Source of the DNA: an uncultured Desulfatitalea sp.
GTDB taxonomy: Bacteria > Desulfobacterota > Desulfobacteria > Desulfobacterales > Desulfosarcinaceae
Direction of reading: 5' to 3'
Assembly: GCA_963668675.2 (NCBI GenBank)
Contig: CAXXMB010000001.1
Location: 1,056,001-1,120,000, forward strand
Length of the DNA: 64,000 bases
In this document: positions 48,640-59,499 of the stretch, one piece after another
Position numbering within the stretch: position 1 is the stretch's first letter
Layout: each line of letters starts with the position of its first letter
The notes under the pieces: model-generated
The model's input: the letters and a program-made list of their open reading frames with translations, nothing else
The model's database searches: none
What the model was told of the DNA's origin: nothing
Program-made: the position numbers and the translations under genes

Positions 48640-49221
48640 ATGAATCGTTTAAGTTCTTTTCCGGTCTCTGCCTTGATCGCCGCGTTGCTCGTTGCTGTTA
48701 GCACTCCAGTCGTAGCGGATTCATTCACCGATACCGTTGCATTTTTCCAAAAATCGGAAGATTTGAAGCCCTTCTTCGATACCGCTTATGGCTATGCGGT
48801 CTTTCCCAATGTGGGCAAGGGCGCCGTGGGCATAGGAGGTGCTTTCGGACATGGCAAAGTCTACCAGGCCGGCCGCGTTACCGGCGTTACCACGCTGGCA
48901 AAGATATCAATAGGACTCCAATTGGGAGGGCAGGTTTTCCGTGAGATCATCTTCTTTCAGGACCAAAGGTCGTATCAGGAATTCATCAGCGGAAGTTTCG
49001 AGTTAGATGCAACGGCATCGGCTGTGGCCATCACCGTTGGCGCCCAGGCCCAGGCCGGAACTGGAGGCACCAGCGTCGGCGCGAGCACCGGACCGGATAC
49101 AGGCATTCAGTCCAGCCCCGGATACACGAAGGGCATGGCCATCTTTGTCCACTCCAAGGGCGGTTTCATGGCCGAGGCGGCGATCGGCGGCCAGCGGTTC
49201 ACCTTCGAGCCCATAAAATAG
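48640..49221 (+). CDS. YSC84/SYLF-domain protein
   Basis: AYGYAVFPNVGKG..GIGGAFG.G, SIGLQLGGQ and GGQRFTF motifs. Signal peptide. Confidence 0.88.
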   Translation: MNRLSSFPVSALIAALLVAVSTPVVADSFTDTVAFFQKSEDLKPFFDTAYGYAVFPNVGKGAVGIGGAFGHGKVYQAGRVTGVTTLAKISIGLQLGGQVFREIIFFQDQRSYQEFISGSFELDATASAVAITVGAQAQAGTGGTSVGASTGPDTGIQSSPGYTKGMAIFVHSKGGFMAEAAIGGQRFTFEPIK

Positions 49222-49240
49222 ACGGATCGCGGATACAGGC

Positions 49241-50245
49241 CTAAAGCCGACTCACAGTTCCTCTCAGGATGCCCGACTGGGTTGGCCCCTCGTACGGCAT
49301 CCGCTCTATTTTATCGATTCCCGCCTCTGCCAACATCTGGCGCAGTTGCGCCTCCGAGTATGCCTGCCCCTTTTCCGTGCCGACCAGCATATTCAGAGAG
49401 AAGAGCGCTGGAAAGAGAGGGCCGTCCATATCGTCATCAAGAATAAACTCGTGGATGAATATCAATCCATTTGGCGATAGCGACGCAACAGCCTTGGCGA
49501 TCAGTTTCCGGCAATCCGCCTCTCCCTCACCGTGTAAGATATGTGAGAGCCAAGCCACATCGTATTTGCCGTCAATCTCATCTTCGATAAAATCGCCGGG
49601 ATGAAATCGTATTCGATCTGACAAACCATAGCGGGAGATGGTCTTCTCCGCAAACGGCCGCGTGGTGGGCAGATCGAAAACCGTGGCCGACAGATCGGGA
49701 TTGCGCAAACAGAAGTGGATTGCATATGTGCCCGGGCCACCGCCAAAGTCCAGTAAACGCTCACGTTCCCCCAATGGGATCTGTTCGACCACCGCAGAGG
49801 CCTGCTGCGTGGCCTGATTGAACATCCCCATGAGAAAAGCCTCCCTTTGCTGTCCGCCACTGAACGAGGCGCTTTGGCGCTGCGGTTCACCCGTCCGAAC
49901 AGATTCATCCAACCGGGTCCATGATGGTGAAAGATGATGGTGATGCATAATGAGATAGCCGATAAACTCCTCAGACGTCTCCACCAGAAATCGGCGGGCT
50001 GCTTCGGCCAGTGCGTAGCGTCTCTCTTTTTTTCGAATCAGCGCCATGGCGCAAAGCGCGTTGAGCAACCTTTCCGTACCGTCACTATCGGTTTGCAATT
50101 TCTGTGATACCGCTTCTGCGCTCAATGGTTCTTTCGAAAGAGCGTTAAAAAAGCTCAATTTTACCGCAGCGTGCAGTGCAAAGGCTTGCCAGTAGCTTCC
50201 TGAAAGCTGTAGAAGGGAGCCGGGATGCCAGTCAAATGTACTCAT
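49241..50245 (-). CDS. SAM-dependent O-methyltransferase (dimerisation + Methyltransf_2)
   Basis: LLDFGGGPG, GDF and LSHILH motifs. Confidence 0.9.
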   Translation of the reverse strand: MSTFDWHPGSLLQLSGSYWQAFALHAAVKLSFFNALSKEPLSAEAVSQKLQTDSDGTERLLNALCAMALIRKKERRYALAEAARRFLVETSEEFIGYLIMHHHHLSPSWTRLDESVRTGEPQRQSASFSGGQQREAFLMGMFNQATQQASAVVEQIPLGERERLLDFGGGPGTYAIHFCLRNPDLSATVFDLPTTRPFAEKTISRYGLSDRIRFHPGDFIEDEIDGKYDVAWLSHILHGEGEADCRKLIAKAVASLSPNGLIFIHEFILDDDMDGPLFPALFSLNMLVGTEKGQAYSEAQLRQMLAEAGIDKIERMPYEGPTQSGILRGTVSRL

Positions 50246-50287
50246 AGGGACCTCCAACGGTGTAAAGTTCAAGCGTCAATAGCGTCT

Positions 50288-50749
50288 CTATCCCACATTC
50301 GGCATGAGTGCCCACCGGATGACAACATGGGTGCTGTCCGGGTAAAAATCCATACAGATGATGCCGCCGTTTTGCATCCTGAAAACCGGTGGTCCGGTTT
50401 TACCCGTGACGAGATAGGCGACCAGCTTCTCGAGAAAAGGTAAGTGCCCGACCACCATCACATCGTCGGTGATCTGCAATGCGTCGCCAAAGGCGGCTGT
50501 ATCGTCCAGGGGCTTGATCCCGTCAATCGAATCGACCCCATTTGCAGGAGATAATTTTTCAGCCAATATTTCTGCCGTTTGCAAAGCCCGTTGTTTCCCG
50601 CTGTGTACGATTCGTGAAACGCTGATGCCGTAGTGGGCCGCCACTTCGGCAATACGTCCAACCTCCGCAGCGCCCTCCTCCGAAAGCCCCTTGCGTGGGT
50701 CTTGCTCTTTGGGCAGGCTTTTTCCATGCTGAACCAGATAGAGTGCCAT
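50288..50749 (-). CDS. sixA: Phosphohistidine phosphatase
   Basis: LYLVQHG, HSGKQRALQTA and VVGHLPFL motifs. Confidence 0.85.
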   Translation of the reverse strand: MALYLVQHGKSLPKEQDPRKGLSEEGAAEVGRIAEVAAHYGISVSRIVHSGKQRALQTAEILAEKLSPANGVDSIDGIKPLDDTAAFGDALQITDDVMVVGHLPFLEKLVAYLVTGKTGPPVFRMQNGGIICMDFYPDSTHVVIRWALMPNVG

Positions 50750-51034
50750 CTTTTTCCCCCTTTCTTACCGCATTTTTTTTGTAACCAATTATCGGGATGT
50801 GATTCTCTAACCAGAGGCAATAAATGCCTATCTTTATACCTCCTCCCTGCATCGGCGGCTTTTGCCGCCGATGCTTTTTTGGTATTACGCATCTATTCAA
50901 CAGCCGATCCCATTGTTCGTCTTAAATCGACAGCTCTATTTCAGTTTTCATCTTGCCTGCCTATGCGTTCACGCCTATATTGCGTCTGCTTGCAACATAT
51001 CAACGACCCTGACACCATTTGAAAGGAATATCCA

Positions 51035-51658
51035 GTGCCTAAACCTGAAAAGGCCTTGAAAGGCTATATCAAGACAGAGAGCGTGATACTTCTGGTGGCG
51101 GTTACGCTGGCGATTGGTTTTGTGAGCGGCGTTGTTTTCAGCGCCTACCGCTCGAGCCAAGCAACCATGGGTTCCCTTGGAACATCCGCTCCTCAGATGA
51201 CCGCCCAACAACAAGAGACACTTGAAGCACTGGTCGAGAGGACTGAAAAAAACCCCCAGGATTTCGAGGCGTGGACCCGACTGGGCCACCTCTATTTTGA
51301 CACGGGGCAGCCCTCTATTGCCATCGAAGCGTATGAAACGGCCCTCAAGATCAATGGCAATCGACCGGATGTATGGACCGATCTGGGCGTCATGTATCGA
51401 CGCTCCGGCAAATCGGACAAGGCGATTGAGAGTTTCGACAACGCCCTGTCCCACGATCCCAATCATCAGATTGCGCTGTACAACAAAGGGATCGTCTTGA
51501 TGCACGACATGAAGGATCCGGAGGCGGCACTATCGGCATGGGAGCGACTGGTCCTCCTTCATCCGGACGCCAAAACGCCGGCCGGCGAACCCCTGACCCA
51601 TATCATCGAACAGTTGAAACAGAATATTGAGAAACAGGAGAAAGGACCGAAGAGCTGA
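51035..51658 (+). CDS. Membrane-anchored TPR protein
   Basis: N-terminal TM followed by three TPR motifs (AWTRLGHLYF, VWTDLGVMY, ALYNKGIV). Confidence 0.85.
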   Translation: MPKPEKALKGYIKTESVILLVAVTLAIGFVSGVVFSAYRSSQATMGSLGTSAPQMTAQQQETLEALVERTEKNPQDFEAWTRLGHLYFDTGQPSIAIEAYETALKINGNRPDVWTDLGVMYRRSGKSDKAIESFDNALSHDPNHQIALYNKGIVLMHDMKDPEAALSAWERLVLLHPDAKTPAGEPLTHIIEQLKQNIEKQEKGPKS

Positions 51659-51660
51659 CC

Positions 51661-52200
51661 ATGGAGACACGCGTAAACGAACGACACATTCTCCGCCAAG
51701 GGCGGGTGTTTGACATTACGGTTGAAAACGTCACTCTCTCCAACGGCTACACGGTTGATCTGGAGGTGATTCGCCATCCCGGAGCATCGGCCATCGTCCC
51801 CCTTCTCGACGACAACCGGGTGCTGATGCTCAAGCAGTATCGACACGCCGTGGGCCAATCCATATGGGAGATTCCAGCCGGAACCTTTGACGGCAAGGAG
51901 GACCCACTGGTGTGCGCCCGGCGAGAATTAACGGAAGAGACGGGTTACACAGCGCTCCATTGGGATCGGTTAGGGGCCATCACCCCTGTTCCGGGGTATT
52001 CTGACGAAACCATACACCTCTTTCTGGCATCCGATCTATCGCCTGCCAGTCAACAACTCGACCAGGATGAAATACTCGAAGTTCACCCCCTGCCCATCAC
52101 ACAGGTGGTGGATATGATCAAAGCGGGACAGATTCAGGACGCCAAGACCATTGCAGCAGTCTTTTCCACATTGTCGAAACGGTTTGACCTTTCGTTCTGA
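51661..52200 (+). CDS. NUDIX hydrolase (ADP-ribose pyrophosphatase-like)
   Basis: EIPAG...ARRELTEETGY and DAKT motifs. Confidence 0.9.
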   Translation: METRVNERHILRQGRVFDITVENVTLSNGYTVDLEVIRHPGASAIVPLLDDNRVLMLKQYRHAVGQSIWEIPAGTFDGKEDPLVCARRELTEETGYTALHWDRLGAITPVPGYSDETIHLFLASDLSPASQQLDQDEILEVHPLPITQVVDMIKAGQIQDAKTIAAVFSTLSKRFDLSF

Positions 52201-52206
52201 TATCGT

Positions 52207-53160
52207 CTAGTTGGTACTGCGCTCCGTATAGATCACTTCGAGTTCTGCCTGGTCGAAATCGTAGCAGGTGTTGCAGTTATGGCATCTGATCTGCACCGGG
52301 AACGGGCCGTTTTCGGCGAGATCCTGTACGTCTCTCAGTTCGAGCATGGCGATCATGTTTCGAATCTGATTTCGTTTGCAATGACACAAGAACTCGATGC
52401 CGCGTGAATCCAGGTATTTCGGCGCCATCGCCTTGAAGTTGCGTTCAAGCCACTCCGCTGGGAACGCCTCCTCATGCACCTCATGCCCAATTGATGGTAA
52501 GTTGTTGACCGCTTGCTCGATCTTTTGCAGCACATCATCGCCTGCACCAGGCAGCGCCTGCAGAAAGAGTCCCCCGGCGCCGGTCACCTCTCCCTCTCTA
52601 TCAAAAGCGATGCTGAGCGAAAACGAAGTGGGAATCTGTTCAGAGGTGAGATGGTATAGCGCCAGATCCTTGGCCAGGGTGCCGTATTCCATCATCACCT
52701 TGCCGGTAAACGGATGCTTGGCACCCTCCAGGTATTTGGTCACGGACAAAAACCCAGCGCCAAAAAAGGGCGACAGGTTAAAATCTTCCAGCGGCTTTTC
52801 GATGGGGATGGGGACCTGTTTGAGATAACCGCGCACCTCGCCAAACGCATTGGATTCAACACTGAGCCCCTTAATAGGTCCCGAACACTCCACCTCTATG
52901 CTCAACCGGTCGTTCCCTTTGAGATTTGCGCTCATCAACGCTGCAGCCAGGTAGGCATGTCCCAGCACCAATGTTTCCAGCACGCCCAATTCGTGATTCC
53001 AGCGCATTTCATTGACCATGCGGGTGCCGTTGAGGACAACGCCACGGATCCGGCCCTCCGCCATCACGAAGTTATGCAATCGGTCTCTGGTACTTGCCAG
53101 CAATTGCTCTTTAAGGGTCTCTCCGTAAAGTTTTTTCTTCTCCATCGTTTTTGTGCTCAC
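52207..53160 (-). CDS. hslO: Hsp33 redox-regulated chaperone
   Basis: GEVRGY, SEQIP, AGGLFLQALPG and C-x-C...CHNC motifs. Confidence 0.9.
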   Translation of the reverse strand: MSTKTMEKKKLYGETLKEQLLASTRDRLHNFVMAEGRIRGVVLNGTRMVNEMRWNHELGVLETLVLGHAYLAAALMSANLKGNDRLSIEVECSGPIKGLSVESNAFGEVRGYLKQVPIPIEKPLEDFNLSPFFGAGFLSVTKYLEGAKHPFTGKVMMEYGTLAKDLALYHLTSEQIPTSFSLSIAFDREGEVTGAGGLFLQALPGAGDDVLQKIEQAVNNLPSIGHEVHEEAFPAEWLERNFKAMAPKYLDSRGIEFLCHCKRNQIRNMIAMLELRDVQDLAENGPFPVQIRCHNCNTCYDFDQAELEVIYTERSTN

Positions 53161-53232
53161 AATTCCGTTGGGCGGTTATCTTCTCTGCCGGCAGCTCTCC
53201 TTCGTCAAAACATCTGCGGATTCGCCGACGAA

Positions 53233-54327
53233 TCACTTCCCGAACACAATGGATCCAGGATAGATGACCAGCCGGTCTCCGGGATGGAGCATCTTGTCCA
53301 CTCCGATACGATTCCAAATCAGCAACGCCGCCAGCGGCACACCAAATTTCTCCGCAATGGTAGATAACGAGTCGCCGTTCTGGACCACATATATCCGGTG
53401 GCTGCGCTCCTTGCTGTAAGCACTGACCAAAGCGTCGAATCTCTTCCTGAAGCCTGACGCGCTGCCTTGGGGCACTCGCAACTGGTGATGCCCGGCTCTG
53501 ATATAATGCCCTCTGAGGTGAGGGTTAAGGTCCTTGATCTGTTTGAAATAGGCGTTGGCCGCTTCGGCCACCAGGCGGATCGGTGCCTCCTGGAAACAAT
53601 CCACCGCCACCGTATCGAACCCGATGGGTGCATAAAAATCTCCGGGAGCGAGGTTGAATCCGTACCGTTCCGGATCGCTGACGATCAATTTGACAGCAAG
53701 CATTCTGAAGACGAATCGTTGGGTTTCCAGTGGCAGGTAGAGCTGGTAATAGTCATCGGTTTTCTGCTCAAGTATTTCCGCCTCTAACCCCTCTTCCCCC
53801 ATATTGTATGCGGCAAGGGTCAGGGTCCAGGAAGAGAATTTGGCGTGCAGTGCTTGCAGATACGCTATGGCGGCCGGGGTCGACAAGAAGAGATCGCGCC
53901 GCTCGTCTACAAATTCATCCACTTTCAATCCATACTTTCGGGCGGTTTCTGGCATCAGCTGCCAGAAACCGATGGCGCCTTTGGGCGATCCGGCATGGGG
54001 CCTCAGCGCGCTCTCTATGATAGATAGATACTTAATGTCGTTCGGCAATCCGGCCTGATCGAGGCTCTGTGAAATGAACGGCATATAGCGGGTCGTGCGC
54101 TTCAGCCATAGCAACACCTGGGGACGATCGAACAAGGTCAGCAGCATCTCTTTTTCAAAACGCTCGCGCACATGGTTTTGATCGAACGGCACGGATTCGC
54201 CGCACAGGCGCAATCCTTCCGGCGGTCGCGCCGATGCCGCCGATAACGCTGCCTTAGCCTGTACCGGCAAAACCAAAACGATCAGCATCAGGCAGAAGGC
54301 GAATAGGTAGCGCACCTTTTTATTCAC
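53233..54327 (-). CDS. Lytic transglycosylase (SLT) with LysM, MltD-like
   Basis: IES, GFWQLMPET, AAYNMGE and LysM (YVVQNGDSL) motifs. Confidence 0.9.
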   Translation of the reverse strand: MNKKVRYLFAFCLMLIVLVLPVQAKAALSAASARPPEGLRLCGESVPFDQNHVRERFEKEMLLTLFDRPQVLLWLKRTTRYMPFISQSLDQAGLPNDIKYLSIIESALRPHAGSPKGAIGFWQLMPETARKYGLKVDEFVDERRDLFLSTPAAIAYLQALHAKFSSWTLTLAAYNMGEEGLEAEILEQKTDDYYQLYLPLETQRFVFRMLAVKLIVSDPERYGFNLAPGDFYAPIGFDTVAVDCFQEAPIRLVAEAANAYFKQIKDLNPHLRGHYIRAGHHQLRVPQGSASGFRKRFDALVSAYSKERSHRIYVVQNGDSLSTIAEKFGVPLAALLIWNRIGVDKMLHPGDRLVIYPGSIVFGK

Positions 54328-54370
54328 TGGCCCCCCATTTATTCTTCACTTCTTGAAATGAAAAAAACGA

Positions 54371-54793
54371 TCAGCTGAAATTAGTGAGTTCCTGTTTGAT
54401 TGTCAAATGACGGCCGGCCTCCTCCAGACACACCCGGGCCTGACCGCTGGTGGGAAGGTTCTCCAGGCGCATGATCACTTCCGAGGCTTGCCGGGACGAC
54501 TCTTTGCGGGTGACCAGAACCAACCTGTACCAGTATGGCAGATCGTGGTCGTTGAGATCGACCAGTTTCATCATCAGCCGGCGCATCTCCTTCAAACGCT
54601 TCTTTCCAAGCGACCCCTTGGGCGCTGCGCTGTCCTCTTCCGGCAGAAGTGCGAACAGGTGACCAAGGCATTTGAGCAGTTGCCGTTTGACCCTATTGTA
54701 TCGAACAATTGGAATGACCCAAAAACGGATGATGATATATCCACTGGCGCCTGCAACGAAACTGAATAGGGCTGCCCAGTAAATGGGATCCAT
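54371..54793 (-). CDS. Hypothetical membrane-anchored protein
   Basis: N-terminal TM and G-rich RBS; lies in operon order. Confidence 0.65.
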   Translation of the reverse strand: MDPIYWAALFSFVAGASGYIIIRFWVIPIVRYNRVKRQLLKCLGHLFALLPEEDSAAPKGSLGKKRLKEMRRLMMKLVDLNDHDLPYWYRLVLVTRKESSRQASEVIMRLENLPTSGQARVCLEEAGRHLTIKQELTNFS

Positions 54794-54853
54794 TACACGC
54801 CCCCCCTCTTTATGCGTGCTGTCGATTGCGAAGAGGTATCAGCAGTCATGGCA

Positions 54854-55831
54854 TCAGTCGTCATCACTGCACCATTGGGCTTCATCTTTGAAGAAACGGT
54901 CCACCAGATCACGATAGTGGTCCTCCTGCTGGACCTTGCGGATCTTCTTTAGCAACCGGTCTGCGTTTGAGAAAGATTGATAGAAATAGCCCCAATAGCC
55001 TTTCATCGCATCCACGAGATGCGAAGGCCCCTGCCTGATCTCTGCGAATCGCTCAAACAGGGTGTCGTGGAAACGCTTGAAATGCGCCACCCTGTCGAAT
55101 GCCTCCGGCATAACACCCTTTATTTCCAAGGGTAAAAAAGGGTTGCGGATCAGTCCACGCCCGATCATCCACGTCTCTATGCTCTGAAAACGCGCCCTCA
55201 CCTTTTCGAACCCATTCCGGCTGACGATATCTCCGTTGTAGACCACCGGGCATCGGCTCAGGCCCAAACACTTCTCAAAGCTGTCGAGATCAACCTTGCC
55301 GGTATACATCTGCACGCCGACGCGCGGATGTATGATCAGCTCTTTTATCGGGTAGCAGTTGAACACTGGCAGCAAGGCAAAGATCTCCTCCGGTTCATGC
55401 CGCCCCAAACGCAGCTTAATGCTGATATGGTTGGGCACTTGCGTGCATACCGATTCCAGAAAGGTATCGATGAGATCAGGATGCGGCAAAAGCCCTGACC
55501 CGCGCTGCTTTTTGGCCACCCGTGGAAAAGGGCAACCCAGATTCCAATTCACGGTTTCGTAACCGAGATCGTAAAGGGCCTTGGCCAGAGAGATAAAGTT
55601 GTCGCTGCGTTTGCAGAGAATCTGAGGGACAACCGGGATATGAGGGTTGTTTTCGGGCAGCACGTCCTTGAGTTGGCTCGGTTTGATGCGCGTCCCTTGA
55701 ATAGTGGTCAGGAAAGGAGTGACGGCCCAATCGATGCCTCCGAAATATTCACCATAGGTATTTCGGAAAACGGCTCCGGTTAACCCCCTAAGGGGAGCCA
55801 TACAAAGCTGAAACTGAAAGGCAGCCGTCAT
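54854..55831 (-). CDS. tRNA-dihydrouridine synthase family protein
   Basis: MAPLRG, NWNLGCP, GSGLL, IIHPR, NGDI and MIGRG motifs. Confidence 0.92.
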   Translation of the reverse strand: MTAAFQFQLCMAPLRGLTGAVFRNTYGEYFGGIDWAVTPFLTTIQGTRIKPSQLKDVLPENNPHIPVVPQILCKRSDNFISLAKALYDLGYETVNWNLGCPFPRVAKKQRGSGLLPHPDLIDTFLESVCTQVPNHISIKLRLGRHEPEEIFALLPVFNCYPIKELIIHPRVGVQMYTGKVDLDSFEKCLGLSRCPVVYNGDIVSRNGFEKVRARFQSIETWMIGRGLIRNPFLPLEIKGVMPEAFDRVAHFKRFHDTLFERFAEIRQGPSHLVDAMKGYWGYFYQSFSNADRLLKKIRKVQQEDHYRDLVDRFFKDEAQWCSDDD

Positions 55832-55837
55832 GATATG

Positions 55838-56281
55838 CTAGCTGAGCCGTGCCTGCAAAGTCGCTGCCCGCTTTTTGGCCGCGTTGATGCGGTCATTGAG
55901 CAGCGTCTTAATTTTAAACCAGTTGAGCTCTGATTTAGAGATGAATCCGCATAGCGGCTCACCTTTTTTCAACGCCTGGCCCAGGCGCTGCAACCGGGTC
56001 GCTTCCAGCCGGCCGGCGTGCGCATAGATGGCAATATTGTTACCTATTTCAGCCACGAATTCCGGAGAGAGGCTAACGGAGAGTGTTGTGACCCCGCTGG
56101 TGTTCTCTACTTTGGAGAGCACCCCACCCACCTCTTTGCCGTTGAAATAGATGCCATCCTCAAAAATATTGACCATGCCGTCGAACAGCACGGCATATCC
56201 ATCCTGCTTGCCCTGGGGCGCGCATCCCACAGTAAGGGCAACGATCAAAAGGGTCATCGTGAATCCAACCCACAAACGCAT
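55838..56281 (-). CDS. Putative lipoprotein (weakly MlaD/MCE-like)
   Basis: AAGGAGG RBS, LTVGC lipobox and GIYFNGKEVGGV. Confidence 0.65.
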   Translation of the reverse strand: MRLWVGFTMTLLIVALTVGCAPQGKQDGYAVLFDGMVNIFEDGIYFNGKEVGGVLSKVENTSGVTTLSVSLSPEFVAEIGNNIAIYAHAGRLEATRLQRLGQALKKGEPLCGFISKSELNWFKIKTLLNDRINAAKKRAATLQARLS

Positions 56282-56494
56282 AACGCCTCCTTTTAATACA
56301 TCATATCCAACCGATTAGATCGTTGGCTCAAAAGGCCTGCCGTCTTCTTGCCATGACCGATTCCGGCGGCAGGAGGGATCCTCCTGCGAAGCTGGTCCAA
56401 ATACCATATGATGCGCTAAAGTGGCAAGCAAAACACCGAGGATGTAAGGGATCTTTTATCTATTGATCGGCAAAAAGTATCAGGTTGGCAGGAT

Positions 56495-57721
56495 TCAAAT
56501 GACCATGCACTCCGCCACCAGTTCCCATAGGTATTTTACGTTCAGTTCGGGCATACCATAGGTCTCTTTAATGCTGTTGAGCTGGCCGTGACAGCTGTGG
56601 CAAGGCACCACCACCATATCCGCTCCAGTGACACGAATCTGGTCCATCTTCCGTTGTCCGTAACTTATGCGCTCGTCGTTGTAGCCAGTGGTCAGAGCAC
56701 CACCGCCACCACCGCAACAGATCTGGTGCTCTCGATTGGGATACAGATCGACCCATCGGGTGAGGCACCGGTCCATGATCCAGCGCGGTTCTTCGAAAAA
56801 GCCATGTCCGAACAGCTTCTGCGCACGCCGCCCATAGTTGCAGGGATCGTGGTAAGCGGCCTTGTCGGTGATGCGTTTTCTATCCAGCTGAATTCGCCCG
56901 CCCTCGATGTAGCGGATCAACAGGTCGAAAACCGTTACGGTTTCAAATTCATCGAGTGCTTCAGGATACCATCTCTGCAAGGCCCAACGGGTCGCCAGGT
57001 AGGCGTGGCCTCATTCCGGCCAAAGCAAGGTCTGCGCCTTGAGTCGCCGCATGTTCTCCACAATACGCCCGGCCATCACTTTCATGGCGTCATCGTCACC
57101 GGTGAAGTATCCCCAGTTGGTGCCTTCCCAATTGTCCGAAGCGATCGTCCACTCTTCCCCCGCCGCATGGAATATCTTCCACCAAGGCTTAAGATCTTCG
57201 GTGTGGGTGTTGACGAGTTTGTTGTGAATCGTCGTCAGAATAGTGGCACCCTTTTTGTCAATGGGCACGCTGAACGATTCAAAACCGGCCTCTTCTGCAA
57301 TCTCTTCAGCGACATCCTCCAGGATAAAGACGAAATCATCTTTGGGCAGTGCCAGGTTGTTGCCGGTACGCAAGGCATTGGCAAGGCCGTCCTGCAGTAT
57401 GCCGGGTATCTTATCACGATCGACCAACGATCGAATCCTCCGGGTCATATCGGCGATATCGATCGACATTGGGCAAAGCTGTTCGCACTTTCCACACATG
57501 GTGCACACCCATGGCCAGCGGCTCAGGGCGACCTCTTCCGCCAGACCGATGGATACCATGCGGACGAGCTTGCGCGGATCGAAGTCATCCACACCGGCCA
57601 CCGGGCAAGCGCCCGAGCAGATGGCGCAAGTAAGGCATATGTCCTGGGAAAAGGGCCACGGTTGAGGGCGGTCGTGTGATGGTGACGCGCTATTCCCCAT
57701 TTCTCCGGATTGTTCAGTCAT
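56495..57721 (-). CDS. HdrD/GlpC-like 4Fe-4S + CCG protein, probable selenoprotein (UGA at 57011-57013)
   Basis: ORFs 57011-57805 and 56495-56980 are in one frame joined by LWPE-UGA-GHAYLATRWALQRW. CxxCxxCxxxCP x2, YHDPCNY, CCGGGGG and CHSC motifs. Confidence 0.85.
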
Positions 57722-57776
57722 ACGTGTGTCTCCCTCGAATATAGGCATGTGACGCATCGTGCCTGATATCGATTGC

Positions 57777-59435
57777 TCACTGCGGCAAGATCCGACCCAT
57801 GGCACCTATCTTCTTAGCAAAATCTTCCGTCTGCTTCACAAATGCATGTGTCATGTTGGATGCGAGCGTTGCATAAAAAATGCGCTCTTTCGATACGCCG
57901 GCAAGGGAGAGGGATCGGGATGCCTCCACGGTCCTCTTACGCGCATAGCGTGTACCATACTCTGAGTGGCAGTTCCCTTCGTGGCAGGTGAGCACCATCA
58001 CTCCATCCGCCCCGGCATCAAAGCTGCCCAGCAAATCGTTAACGGAGATTTCACCGCCACAAAGCCCCTCGACAAACACCATTCCGGGCGGCAATCGGTG
58101 TCCCATGCAAAGGGCCATCTGGCGCGCATGGAATGCGGAACGCCGACAGCAGAATGTCAAAATCCGGGGTACTGCTTTGGCACCATCCCTGCGGCCCGGT
58201 CCGAACTCACCTTGGTACAGGCCAGAGAGCGTCTCCGCCAATGTTCCGCCATCTGTTTGAATGGCGCGGTTGGGACATCCAGTCCAGCAAAGCCCGCAGG
58301 CCTGGCATGCATCGGGATGGACTTCCATTCTCGGTGACATGGTAATGGCACCGTAGGTGCATAGCCGGTAACAGGTAAGGCAGCGGGCACATTCGTCCTG
58401 ATCGATCTCCAGCACCGGCTTTTCAACCGCCATTTCACAGGACTTTACTTCCGATCCGACATCGATCCCCACCGCGAAAGAGGCGCCGGCATCAAGGCCG
58501 GACAAAAAGGAGTACACCTGTTGTGCCGCCAGTTTCGCCTCTGTCCGCTTCCCGTCGGCGGTCAAAAAGTCCCTCGCTGCATCGGCCACGAATATGCCGC
58601 TGCGGTTGGTCTCACACGAGAGCCTGTGGACGTTGTTTTTCTGTAAAAAGCCGGACTGATCGATTTCAAGCCTCAGCAGGCCCCCTACCTGAGCCAGCAG
58701 TGGATCAACAGAGAGGGTCTCATCGACAATGACCGCATCGACAGTCATATTGAAATCGTTGCGGGTCACCTCGTCATGGTACTCTACTTCGACACGGCCA
58801 TCGGCGACAGGTTTGAAATGCGGGAAATACCGACTGGATCTTATGAAAAGTGTACCTGCGCTCTTGGCCTCCTGAAACACCCGCTCCATGCCCTCTACGG
58901 AAACCTTCAAGTTGCCGGTGGCAAAGTAGGTCTTTACCTGGGCGCTCCGTTGTATTTTCAGGCATAACTGCATCATTCGAGCTGCGACAACCGGGTGTGT
59001 ATCGGGATGCCATCGGTTGAGCATCAGCACCCGATCCCCTGGCGCAAAGCATGTTGCCGCTCCTTTATCTGAAAGAAGCGGCGCCATATCGGACAATGAG
59101 CGCACGCGCTCGGATGGCCTTAGCCCATAAGATTCAAAATTGGGATGGCGCAACTCTTCGAAGGCGATCAATACGCATTTAGCGTGACATGTTACGTTAC
59201 TTCCTCCCTTGTCGAATACCACCACAAAGTCACCGCTTTGCCCGCGGCAGCCAATGAGCCGATCTGTATTTAAGATAGATATCGTCTTAAAATCTATAGG
59301 TTCTGAACTATTCTTGCGATAACCTTCCTCGGTACCCGCCCATAGAACGGCGATCCCTTTCTGAACCAGCAGCCGGGCCGCCGCACTGGCACACGCCCCC
59401 TTTCCGATGATGAGAATATCGCCTTCAATTACCAT
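57777..59435 (-). CDS. HdrA-like flavoprotein fragment fused to ferredoxin and MvhD (FlpD) domains
   Basis: ETNRSGIFV, two CxxCxxCxxxC motifs, and TFCC..SA, C.G.IS, GADGVMVLTCHEGNCH. Confidence 0.85.
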   Translation of the reverse strand: MVIEGDILIIGKGACASAAARLLVQKGIAVLWAGTEEGYRKNSSEPIDFKTISILNTDRLIGCRGQSGDFVVVFDKGGSNVTCHAKCVLIAFEELRHPNFESYGLRPSERVRSLSDMAPLLSDKGAATCFAPGDRVLMLNRWHPDTHPVVAARMMQLCLKIQRSAQVKTYFATGNLKVSVEGMERVFQEAKSAGTLFIRSSRYFPHFKPVADGRVEVEYHDEVTRNDFNMTVDAVIVDETLSVDPLLAQVGGLLRLEIDQSGFLQKNNVHRLSCETNRSGIFVADAARDFLTADGKRTEAKLAAQQVYSFLSGLDAGASFAVGIDVGSEVKSCEMAVEKPVLEIDQDECARCLTCYRLCTYGAITMSPRMEVHPDACQACGLCWTGCPNRAIQTDGGTLAETLSGLYQGEFGPGRRDGAKAVPRILTFCCRRSAFHARQMALCMGHRLPPGMVFVEGLCGGEISVNDLLGSFDAGADGVMVLTCHEGNCHSEYGTRYARKRTVEASRSLSLAGVSKERIFYATLASNMTHAFVKQTEDFAKKIGAMGRILPQ

Positions 59436-59499
59436 TTCGCGTTAAGCCCTCTGTGAAAAATAGACGCCTATGCGCTCTATAAATTGCCATTCACTCTGC

